Virus record (IMG/VR): IMGVR_UViG_3300033153_012477
Span: 1-55,436 of that record
From: a virus
Taxonomy: Duplodnaviria; Heunggongvirae; Uroviricota; Caudoviricetes
Direction: 5' to 3' (one strand)
DNA: 55,436 nt
Shown: positions 46,273 through 55,436 of the stretch, one piece after another
Layout: every line of letters begins with the position of its first letter
Position numbering within the stretch: position 1 is the first letter of the stretch
Position numbers and translations under genes: made by a program
The notes under the pieces: model-generated
Databases searched by the model: none
Seen by the model: the letters and a program-made list of their open reading frames with translations, nothing else
Told to the model about the DNA's origin: nothing

Positions 46273-48166
46273 TAGCCTTTAAATAGATCATCTGTTTATA
46301 ATTGTCCTCATCTTCTACGTCTAAAACTCTCAAGGAAAAGTACTTCTCTTGATGAACTCGATATACTTCTTTTATGAAACGACTCATTTTATTAGGTTTT
46401 GCCCAATCGTGTTGACCATTCATAAACTGCATATACATTCTTAACTTTTTTCTAGCTCTAGTTATTGCCACATAAGCAAGACAAAATTCTTCTTCAAGAC
46501 GAGCAACATCCCCCTCATCTTCTGCTTTTAAGAAGGGTATGCCAAACTCATTCATATTCATTATATGAACACTATCCCACTCAAGTCCTTTAGACTGATG
46601 TATAGTAGAGATAATAACCTTCCCCTTATCAGCGTCAACATCATCCTCGTTAATATAAAGACTGTCTATACCTTCGGAAACAGTTTTAAATCCTAGAAGA
46701 TAGTCATATAGTACGTCAAAAATAATATTTTTTTTGTTACTAGGTTCAGAAGGATCTTTTTTACCATAGCGAGTAACAAGATGATGGTCATGTAGAAAAT
46801 CTAACCCTCTTAGAAGTAGTTCTTTGTTGTCATCTTTTACTGAATCTAAATGTAAATAGTCCTTAAATGCTTTAGTTTGAGCATACCTTGCTTGTGCCCC
46901 GTGAAGAATGCCAAAGTCGTTCCCGTTCTGCACAACAGTCTCTGCCAGCTTCATAGCTGTCTTAGGACCTACTGCGGGGAGGATGCCCATAGCATTCACT
47001 AAAGAAACTTTTGTAGGTTTAACAATACTTTTTAGAACTGATAGATAGTTTTGAATAAAAGGAGCGTTTAACTTATCGGTCCCCCCTCTAACAGTATAAG
47101 GTATATTGTCTCGTCTAAGTAAAACTTGAAGACTTTGCATAGAAACAGGTTTAACAGACCTCGCTAAAACAGCTATCTCATCTAAAGGTACTCCATTTCG
47201 GATGTCATCTTTGATAGCTCGGAAACATTGAAAAGCAGCATTATCACAGATAGTATACACGGGTTTCACACCGTTTGAAGCAGTAGCTATTAGATCTTGA
47301 CCTTCAAAGCTAGGAACTTGTTTCAAAAGAACATTGGCAAAATTAATTATCTGTGGAGTAGATCTATAATTATAGGCAAGAGGATACACAATATCTGCTG
47401 TTTTTGCCATCTCCTTAAAAAGATGAGGAGCAGCTCCCCTAAATAAGTAGATAGACTGTTTGGAGTCACCTACAAATACAGCGTTCTTATTTGATAAGAG
47501 ATTAGCTATCTCGATTTGTTTAGCATTATTATCTTGAGATTCGTCAACAAAAATCCAAGTAAATTTTGAACTAAACATCGGGTCTATACTTAGTTGGGAA
47601 GCAAACATATAGAGTATATCATTAAAGTCTACTAGGTCTTGCTCTGTTTTTTCTTTTTGATAAATATTATGCACCTTCTCGCAAATCTCAGGAAAAGGTG
47701 AAGCTTGCTCCCAAGTGCAGTGTGTGTTTCTTTTTTTCTCAATGCTATCTACTATATCTTTAAACACCACTATATTCTCTTCTTCACCTTCATCCTTAAT
47801 TACCTGGCGGTAGATGTTCTTTAAGTAATGAGTTGCCTCTACTGGAAGAATAATATTAAGTTTCATTTTTTTAATCTGAGTTAAGTAGCGAAACCCCAAA
47901 CTATGAAAAGTACCTATCCACAATCTTTCCAGGTCATCTTGACCAACACCTATTTGACGACTAAGTTTAGACTTCAGATCTCTACCTGCCTTATTGGTGA
48001 AGGTGGATATAAACATCTTCTCTAAAGGCACTCCGTCCTCTATGTGCAGCTTTCTAATCAACTCTATGGTTGTTGTTGTTTTACCACTGCCTGCACCAGC
48101 GACTACTGCTACTTTACCACCAAGTGTCGCCACTATTGCTTTCTGTTGTCCATTTAATTGCATCAT
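46262..48166 (-). CDS. UvrD/PcrA/Rep SF1 helicase
   Basis: AGAGSGKT, TFH, DESQD, VGDSKQSIY, NYRS, STIHQSKGLE, YVAITRA. Confidence 0.93.
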   Translation of the reverse strand: MMQLNGQQKAIVATLGGKVAVVAGAGSGKTTTTIELIRKLHIEDGVPLEKMFISTFTNKAGRDLKSKLSRQIGVGQDDLERLWIGTFHSLGFRYLTQIKKMKLNIILPVEATHYLKNIYRQVIKDEGEEENIVVFKDIVDSIEKKRNTHCTWEQASPFPEICEKVHNIYQKEKTEQDLVDFNDILYMFASQLSIDPMFSSKFTWIFVDESQDNNAKQIEIANLLSNKNAVFVGDSKQSIYLFRGAAPHLFKEMAKTADIVYPLAYNYRSTPQIINFANVLLKQVPSFEGQDLIATASNGVKPVYTICDNAAFQCFRAIKDDIRNGVPLDEIAVLARSVKPVSMQSLQVLLRRDNIPYTVRGGTDKLNAPFIQNYLSVLKSIVKPTKVSLVNAMGILPAVGPKTAMKLAETVVQNGNDFGILHGAQARYAQTKAFKDYLHLDSVKDDNKELLLRGLDFLHDHHLVTRYGKKDPSEPSNKKNIIFDVLYDYLLGFKTVSEGIDSLYINEDDVDADKGKVIISTIHQSKGLEWDSVHIMNMNEFGIPFLKAEDEGDVARLEEEFCLAYVAITRARKKLRMYMQFMNGQHDWAKPNKMSRFIKEVYRVHQEKYFSLRVLDVEDEDNYKQMIYLKANGG

Positions 48167-48549
48167 TAATCCTTATCAAAGTCGTGAACTTCATCCCAAG
48201 ACACACTGTGTTTATCACAATAACGAGGGTCTACCTTAGACCAAGTATCGTCACACATTACAGCGTGTCGGAGGTGACCTCGAACCCTTGGTCTATCCGC
48301 ACTCTGATATATCTCTTTTAGTTTACTGAACTGTTTGTCTGTTAAAAATGTTTTTCCTTCTATCGACCTCACAAAAGTAGATTCCCACTTGGTAGTGTGT
48401 TTTCTCTGAGCACAATCTTTGTACATACGAGAAATATCTCGCTTCCTACGGTCAGCAGTATAATACTTGTTACCTGGAATTTTCTTAAGCATAATCTCTA
48501 AAAAACTCATCTTCTGCTTGCTGCCTTTGATATTCTCTTTTGTTTTCAA
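48166..48549 (-). CDS. Hypothetical protein (start may be 48510)
   Basis: Track ORF. Confidence 0.65.
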   Translation of the reverse strand: MKTKENIKGSKQKMSFLEIMLKKIPGNKYYTADRRKRDISRMYKDCAQRKHTTKWESTFVRSIEGKTFLTDKQFSKLKEIYQSADRPRVRGHLRHAVMCDDTWSKVDPRYCDKHSVSWDEVHDFDKD

Positions 48550-49630
48550 AGAAACCTCTATCTTTCTTAAGCTTACTGAAGATATCCACTATATTGTTAT
48601 TTTCTTCTTGTAAAAACTTAGTTACTTTTTTCTTTGGTTCATACAGGTTACTCTCGTCCCAAACAGTTTGCTCGTCACACTCTATCATCACCTTCATGTT
48701 TAGAACATGGTCCGTGGGAGGGCACTCCTTTGGAGCTGTATGAATGCATAGCTCTTTTATAAACTTACCTTTATCATATACTCTCAAATGTTTTTGCTTA
48801 TTAAATACTTGATACCACCTACCAGAATCTCCTTGAACCATCACAAATCCGTTAGTGATGTACTTACGGTACTCCTTCTCAGAGATCATATCTCGGAGTG
48901 TAGCACGAGCTTTAATCTCAGCAACCGTAGCTTGAATAGTTAGGATATCTTGTCGAGAAGGAAGAACTGAGATAGTTAAATTTTTCTTCAATGTTTCTCG
49001 GATAACTTCTTTTATAGCTCTGCTGGTATAATTGGGAACCTCTATAAAAGAATCACACAGAATCTCAAATTCCAAGTCAATCATCTCAAGGTTAGTGCCT
49101 CTGTAGTAATCTGGGGTATCTTCTCTAAGAAATGGAAAGTTAGTTCTCTCATACCTTCTATCTAGCCGAGTTATCACAGGATTTATTAATTTCATCCTTT
49201 GAGAATATTCAGGATTACCCATGTTAGCGTACATGGTATAATTTCTACTCTGAAGATAATAAAGAATGTCGTCAGGGTGATACCTGATTTGCTCTCGGTG
49301 TCTCAATCCTGTAGGAAGATTATGTCTCTCTAAAAAAATATCATCTAATGGTACTAATCTTCCTTTTTCATCTTCCAGTTCAAGCTGATCGTGTATTTTT
49401 CTATGTAACCAGGAATCCTCATTATGGTTCCTTCGGTGATCCCTCGCTTCAAGAGGATCTCTGGGTATACGGATTCTAAAGGTGAAGGCTGTTTTACTTA
49501 TTGTTGGGTCATAGGCAGGTTCCATAACATCAAGAGAGTCCCCAATACAGTGTACTGGCATAGCAAACATGCTTGGAGATCGCATTGGATCTAACATCTC
49601 TCTTGTTTCAACGCCACGCAGAATTGCCAT
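48485..49630 (-). CDS. Hypothetical protein
   Basis: GGAAGG RBS before MAILRG. Confidence 0.75.
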   Translation of the reverse strand: MAILRGVETREMLDPMRSPSMFAMPVHCIGDSLDVMEPAYDPTISKTAFTFRIRIPRDPLEARDHRRNHNEDSWLHRKIHDQLELEDEKGRLVPLDDIFLERHNLPTGLRHREQIRYHPDDILYYLQSRNYTMYANMGNPEYSQRMKLINPVITRLDRRYERTNFPFLREDTPDYYRGTNLEMIDLEFEILCDSFIEVPNYTSRAIKEVIRETLKKNLTISVLPSRQDILTIQATVAEIKARATLRDMISEKEYRKYITNGFVMVQGDSGRWYQVFNKQKHLRVYDKGKFIKELCIHTAPKECPPTDHVLNMKVMIECDEQTVWDESNLYEPKKKVTKFLQEENNNIVDIFSKLKKDRGFFENKREYQRQQAEDEFFRDYA

Positions 49631-49689
49631 AAATAACCTTCCTTGATTTTGACACAGTAACAAAATAATCTCAATCTGTAAATGTTAAA

Positions 49690-49718
49690 TTGACGAAGCC
49701 TGTAGATCTATATAAACT
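49690..49718 (+). promoter_or_regulatory. Sigma70-like promoter
   Basis: TTGACG-17-TAAACT with CTGTAGAT-CTATATAA in the spacer. Confidence 0.6.
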
Positions 49719-49750
49719 ATATTTTCTTTATTGAAATTATCGGAGGAATC

Positions 49751-50017
49751 ATGAAAGCAAAAGCGATCTTATCAATTATCCTATCAGCGATTTATTTATT
49801 TGTAATAAATCTTTACTCTTCTTTTCAAGGAAGCATTGAATCACAAATTGCAGTAAAACAATTAGACGATAGTATGTTATCCTATGGGGCATCAAACTTT
49901 GTGATAAGCAGCAATGTCTATTCAGTAATTCATTTTATTTTTTGGGCATCGATGGCATACATGTGGAGTCACACAATTATAAATATTATTAAAAAACAAA
50001 TGAACGAGGAGAAGTAA
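49751..50017 (+). CDS. Two-TM membrane protein
   Basis: Two hydrophobic helices; GGAGG RBS. Confidence 0.75.
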   Translation: MKAKAILSIILSAIYLFVINLYSSFQGSIESQIAVKQLDDSMLSYGASNFVISSNVYSVIHFIFWASMAYMWSHTIINIIKKQMNEEK

Positions 50018-50019
50018 GC

Positions 50020-50988
50020 ATGAAATTTTTATTACCTTTATTAATGATGAGTATGTTAGCAGTAATGACAGGATGTGGTCCTGCTAAGGTTATCCCTTAT
50101 GAAACAATTAACACTAACGAAACAGCTTTTGTGGTTCCGCTAGAGGGAGCTACTAAGGAAAATCAAGGGAAGTTTATGTCTCTGGATTATTTGAAAGAAG
50201 CTAAGGTCGCTACTAAAAGAGTTATGATTCCAGTAAAGGAATATACTACAGGTAGAGGTCCAGGAGCTTACAAATGGATCCCAACTGTCCGAGTCATTAA
50301 GGTCGATAGAACTCCTGTTACAAGAGAGTGGACTTCTGATGAATCCACAGGAACTACATCTAAGAATGAAGCTATAGAAGTAGAGTCCTTAGATTCAATT
50401 GGATTTAAGCTAGGTGTGAATATCACGGCAATGATTCAAGAAAATGACGCTTCACTTTTTCTTTACACCTACGCAGGTAAAAGTCTTTCTAGTGTAGTTG
50501 ATCAGGATGTACGTGGTAAAGTGCTATCTATTCTAAGTAGAGAGTTTGGAAGTAGAGATCTTGCTAAATGTAAAAAAGAAAAGAAAGTAATTTTTGATCT
50601 TGCTCGTAAAGAAGTAGGAGAACACTTTAAGAATTATGGTGTAACTATTTCTAACTTAGGGCATTCTAAAGGTCTAACTTATGTTGATAAAGAGATTCAA
50701 GATTCCATCAATCAAGCTTATGTTGAAGAAATGAACATTCAAGCTCAATCAAAGAAAAATGAAGCTCAAACAAAAATCAATGAAAGAAATGTAAGTATTG
50801 CAAGAGCAGAGAAAGACGCTGCTGTTGAATTTGCTAAAGCTAGAGTAGCTAGAACACAGATGGTCGAACTAGAGATCAAGAAAATAAAAGCAGAGGCTTT
50901 TAAAGAGTTGGCAAATAAGTGGGACGGTAAATATCCAGAAAAGATGATGCCAGCTAATGCTAATATGTTATATAATTTAGGAAATTAA
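50020..50988 (+). CDS. SPFH/band-7 family lipoprotein
   Basis: Lipobox VMTGC, SPFH-like core, C-terminal coiled coil ending KWDG..P. Confidence 0.75.
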   Translation: MKFLLPLLMMSMLAVMTGCGPAKVIPYETINTNETAFVVPLEGATKENQGKFMSLDYLKEAKVATKRVMIPVKEYTTGRGPGAYKWIPTVRVIKVDRTPVTREWTSDESTGTTSKNEAIEVESLDSIGFKLGVNITAMIQENDASLFLYTYAGKSLSSVVDQDVRGKVLSILSREFGSRDLAKCKKEKKVIFDLARKEVGEHFKNYGVTISNLGHSKGLTYVDKEIQDSINQAYVEEMNIQAQSKKNEAQTKINERNVSIARAEKDAAVEFAKARVARTQMVELEIKKIKAEAFKELANKWDGKYPEKMMPANANMLYNLGN

Positions 50989-51084
50989 ATTAATAAAGGG
51001 AAAATCTATATAGGTTTTCCCTTGACACTTTGCTAGTTAAAATTAGATTATTGTAAAACGATATAATTCACAAGGAGAATTTAC

Positions 51085-51357
51085 ATGAATTTTAGTCCCA
51101 CAGGTGACAGAGTGCTCATTGAAAGAGCAGAAGTAGAGAGTAAGACCGCAGGAGGTCTAATTATTCCTGATACTCAGGATAAAGAAAAACCTACACAAGG
51201 TAGGATCATTTCAGTAGGTGATTTGTCTGTAAAGGATGAATTGTTTAAGGTGGGTAACGTAGCTCTTTTTACAAAATGCTATGAAGTAACAATTGAAGAT
51301 AAGGATTTTGCTGTAGTCAACAGTGAAGATATTCTTGGTATTTTTAAAGAACAATAA
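51085..51357 (+). CDS. groES: Co-chaperonin GroES
   Basis: [22 protein letters not shown]. Confidence 0.93.
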   Translation: MNFSPTGDRVLIERAEVESKTAGGLIIPDTQDKEKPTQGRIISVGDLSVKDELFKVGNVALFTKCYEVTIEDKDFAVVNSEDILGIFKEQ

Positions 51358-51364
51358 GGAGTAA

Positions 51365-52981
<1,617 letters not shown>

Positions 52982-52991
52982 TTTAAATTTA

Positions 52992-53020
52992 CAAGGGGGC
53001 TTTTTGCCCCCTTTTTTTTG
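52992..53020 (+). terminator. Intrinsic terminator after groEL
   Basis: AGGGGGC-TTTTT-GCCCC stem followed by a T run. Confidence 0.8.
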
Positions 53021-53028
53021 GTTTTAAT

Positions 53029-53790
53029 ATGGAAGTTAAGATAAATTTATCCTCAGAGGACATACCCTATATAATACGTCTTGCCTTAGCTGGATGCTCA
53101 GAGCTGTTAAATTATCCCAAGCTATGTTCTTTAGTAAACGAAGATTGGGAACCTGATCGAAGTGAATATGATCACAGAAGATGGGCGTGGTATAGAAAAG
53201 CCACCCCTGTACACGCCCTAGCTTTTAATGGGCATTCTAAAATTTTAGATTATCCTCAGTATCTAACATTAAAAAACGAAGATGGTGACACCCCTCTCCA
53301 TTTCCTAGCTCAATCCTGTCTCCCTCGGGGTTGGAATGATGAAATAGTAGTTACTCCAGAAATAGCAGAAGTCTTTGATAAGATTCTTAAAATAAAAGAT
53401 TTAGATAAAAACACAGGATATGAAGGAGTCACCCCTTTACACTTTATTGCTCAAATGGGGTATCTTCCTGTTTTAGATTATCCAGGAATTGAAAAGATTG
53501 AAACTCCTGGATGGAATGCTCAGGGAACTCCCATGACCTTCCTTTATGAATCGGCAACAACAGGACTAGGAAAACTATTAAGACATCCTCATATCTTCAC
53601 AGAATATGAAAGCCATGGATCCCCTCTTGAATCCTTAGCCCATAATAAAGAATTAAGACCAACTGTTAAAATTCTCAAAAGGTATGGTTTTAAATTCAAC
53701 CGAAAATGGCACCCCTCAAAGAAATTAGATAGGGAAGTTGTAAGTGATATGCTGTCTATACCAAAATCCATAAGATTTATGATTTATTAA
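53029..53790 (+). CDS. Ankyrin-repeat-like protein
   Basis: TPVHALA, GDTPLHFLA, GVTPLHFIA, GTPMTFL, GSPLESLA. Confidence 0.7.
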   Translation: MEVKINLSSEDIPYIIRLALAGCSELLNYPKLCSLVNEDWEPDRSEYDHRRWAWYRKATPVHALAFNGHSKILDYPQYLTLKNEDGDTPLHFLAQSCLPRGWNDEIVVTPEIAEVFDKILKIKDLDKNTGYEGVTPLHFIAQMGYLPVLDYPGIEKIETPGWNAQGTPMTFLYESATTGLGKLLRHPHIFTEYESHGSPLESLAHNKELRPTVKILKRYGFKFNRKWHPSKKLDREVVSDMLSIPKSIRFMIY

Positions 53791-53962
53791 TTTTCTACCC
53801 TTGACGTTCAATAATATGATATTATCTTGTATATTGTAAGGACAACAATAACTATTGGAGAAGGAAATGCACGAAATATAGGTTAGATTAATAAAACCAC
53901 CTTGACCCATCTTTTTAAGATTCAGTTTAATTTTCAAAAAAACTACTTAAAAGGATGTAAAA

Positions 53963-54262
53963 ATGACTAATGTAAAATTAGAAATCAAAAAAGAACTAAA
54001 ACAACTTGCTCAGGATCTTAGGATCCAAAAAAGACTATTTAAATCTAAACAAAGAGAAGGAACAGATACCTACGCTGACCTATGTAATAAAGATTCACTT
54101 AAATGGGAATTCAGGCACAAACACATAGCTAGATGTCTTTTAAGAGGGACTCCTTATGAACGCATAGAGCCTAAAGTGGGCTACGGTAATGAGCCTGATA
54201 TGGATCTTGTAGAGAAGTATGAAAAAGAGTACCTCGCTCGTTTTGAGGTGTCTCATGAGTAG
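53963..54262 (+). CDS. Hypothetical protein
   Basis: AAGGA RBS; FRHKHIARCLLRG. Confidence 0.72.
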   Translation: MTNVKLEIKKELKQLAQDLRIQKRLFKSKQREGTDTYADLCNKDSLKWEFRHKHIARCLLRGTPYERIEPKVGYGNEPDMDLVEKYEKEYLARFEVSHE

Positions 54263-54587
54263 GAATAACAAATTGTACAACTATCTAGTCAATACTTTTG
54301 GTATAAGCAGAGCCGTTGTTATGGAGTATGTAGAGTCCCGCTTGGAAGAGCTTATCGATAAAAATGTAGGAGATCTCCTCACATCTAATAAAGTAGAGAA
54401 GATGATATTAGATAGGGTTTCTTACTATATAAAAAACGGTACTGTAGGACGATGGCGAAACAATAACACTTTCGAAGACATGATTAAACAGCAAGTTAAA
54501 AGTGTTGTAGAAGATCAACTGCAGAAGAATTGTGAAGTTAAATTTCAGTTCCTCCCCAATAGCATCCAGTTCATTAAGGAGGACTAA
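54255..54587 (+). CDS. Hypothetical protein
   Basis: GAGGTG RBS before MSRNNK. Confidence 0.7.
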   Translation: MSRNNKLYNYLVNTFGISRAVVMEYVESRLEELIDKNVGDLLTSNKVEKMILDRVSYYIKNGTVGRWRNNNTFEDMIKQQVKSVVEDQLQKNCEVKFQFLPNSIQFIKED

Positions 54588-54588
54588 C

Positions 54589-54885
54589 ATGAAAAATAAT
54601 CTTTATGTTATAATCAGGAATGACCTAACAAGATCTCAAAAAGTAGTGCAAGCTGTACACGCATCTGCAGAGTTTCTCCTACATGAGAATAGTCATGTTT
54701 GGGATAATGGCACTGTGGTTTGTTTAAAAGTTAGAGATGAGCAAGAACTTTTAAATATTGAACAAAGTTTAAAAAAGATGTCTCTACCTTATAGGAGTTT
54801 TAGGGAACCTGATACAGGAAATGATATGACAGCTTTAGCTTTAGTGGGAGAAAGGAATCTATTTAGAGATTTGACATTAGCATAA
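54589..54885 (+). CDS. Pth2-like peptidyl-tRNA hydrolase
   Basis: YVIIRNDL, QAVHA, VVCLKV, FREPD..N..TALA. Confidence 0.75.
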   Translation: MKNNLYVIIRNDLTRSQKVVQAVHASAEFLLHENSHVWDNGTVVCLKVRDEQELLNIEQSLKKMSLPYRSFREPDTGNDMTALALVGERNLFRDLTLA

Positions 54886-54922
54886 TAGAAACTGTAACCT
54901 TTATGCAATAAGCTAAACTAGT

Positions 54923-54998
54923 GCTCCTATAGCTCAGTTGGCAGAGCAGCATTTTCTAAAAATGTTTGTCGCCAGTTCGACCCTGGCTAGGAGCACCA
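54923..54998 (+). tRNA. Amber suppressor tRNA, anticodon CTA
   Basis: 76-nt cloverleaf; GCATT-TTCTAAA-AATGT places CTA at 34-36 (54956-54958); CCA end. Confidence 0.88.
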
Positions 54999-55070
54999 TT
55001 ATCCCTTATATAATAATCGTCTAATATACGAGTTAGGTACACCGAACTAACCCTATATCAAGGACGAGTT

Positions 55071-55436
55071 ATGAGTAATTTTTTTAAAGGATTATGGGAA
55101 GCCATCTCTAGTCTATTTAAAGCTAAAGAAGATCCAAAACCCCAACCAGTAGAACCTATCATAGAGCCAGTTATAGAACCTGTGGAACCTATAGATGACA
55201 ACCCTGACGATGATAATGAGGATCCTGAGAAACCAGATGATGGGGGAGACTATAAAGTTTATCCTGAAGATGAGGAAAAGTTATACTTTCCAGACGCTAT
55301 AAGAACTAGCAGCAAACTAAGAACTAGAGGAACTTACAAAAAGAAATATCCTCAAGGAGCTATCGTTCACTTCACTGCTGGAAGAGGTAGAACCAAAGAA
55401 GAGGGTGGTAGGAAAAACGCTGACACTCACTTAGCT
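55071..55436 (+). CDS. Partial N-acetylmuramoyl-L-alanine amidase-like protein (possible endolysin)
   Basis: Pro/Asp-rich linker then YPQGAIVHFTAG; open to the window edge. Confidence 0.6.
   Translation, partial: MSNFFKGLWEAISSLFKAKEDPKPQPVEPIIEPVIEPVEPIDDNPDDDNEDPEKPDDGGDYKVYPEDEEKLYFPDAIRTSSKLRTRGTYKKKYPQGAIVHFTAGRGRTKEEGGRKNADTHLA

Noticed and set aside
54949-54965. Reading the 54923 tRNA as Arg(TCT)
   Set aside because: The stem register and 76-nt numbering centre the loop on CTA; the TCT register breaks the stem.

Overview
AT-rich 55 kb segment of a large (jumbo-type) dsDNA bacteriophage, read in standard code 11. Genes lie mostly on the minus strand to about 49.6 kb and on the plus strand after that. 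It carries a translation-rescue set: 9 sense tRNAs, a CUA (amber) tRNA, tmRNA, RtcB, a Pth2-like protein, YqeY, and KH and RRM proteins. There is a Ro60/Y RNA locus, nucleotide genes (prs, thyX, pyrB), a recombination block (RecA, RuvC-like, Mre11, a split Rad50, PD-(D/E)XK nuclease, UvrD), GroES/GroEL, radical SAM enzymes, proteases and a partial amidase. The main observation is that both sense-tRNA operons begin with a tiny leader ORF whose core codons match the tRNAs downstream. MKKVLSNLHLNLSQQLN... precedes Gln/Gln/Asn/His/Ser/rtcB/Leu and is followed by an intrinsic terminator. MKKFMTIYIPFYPIYIPYRG precedes Pro/Tyr/Ile. This suggests ribosome-sensed, on-demand induction of replacement tRNAs and tRNA repair. 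The second highlight is a family of Y-like RNAs in several architectures: two permuted YrlA-type RNAs, a CCA-ended tRNA whose anticodon loop is replaced by the Ro-binding helix, a minimal hairpin in the rsr leader, and an orphan copy. All protein calls come from motif recognition by eye; no searches or folding were run.
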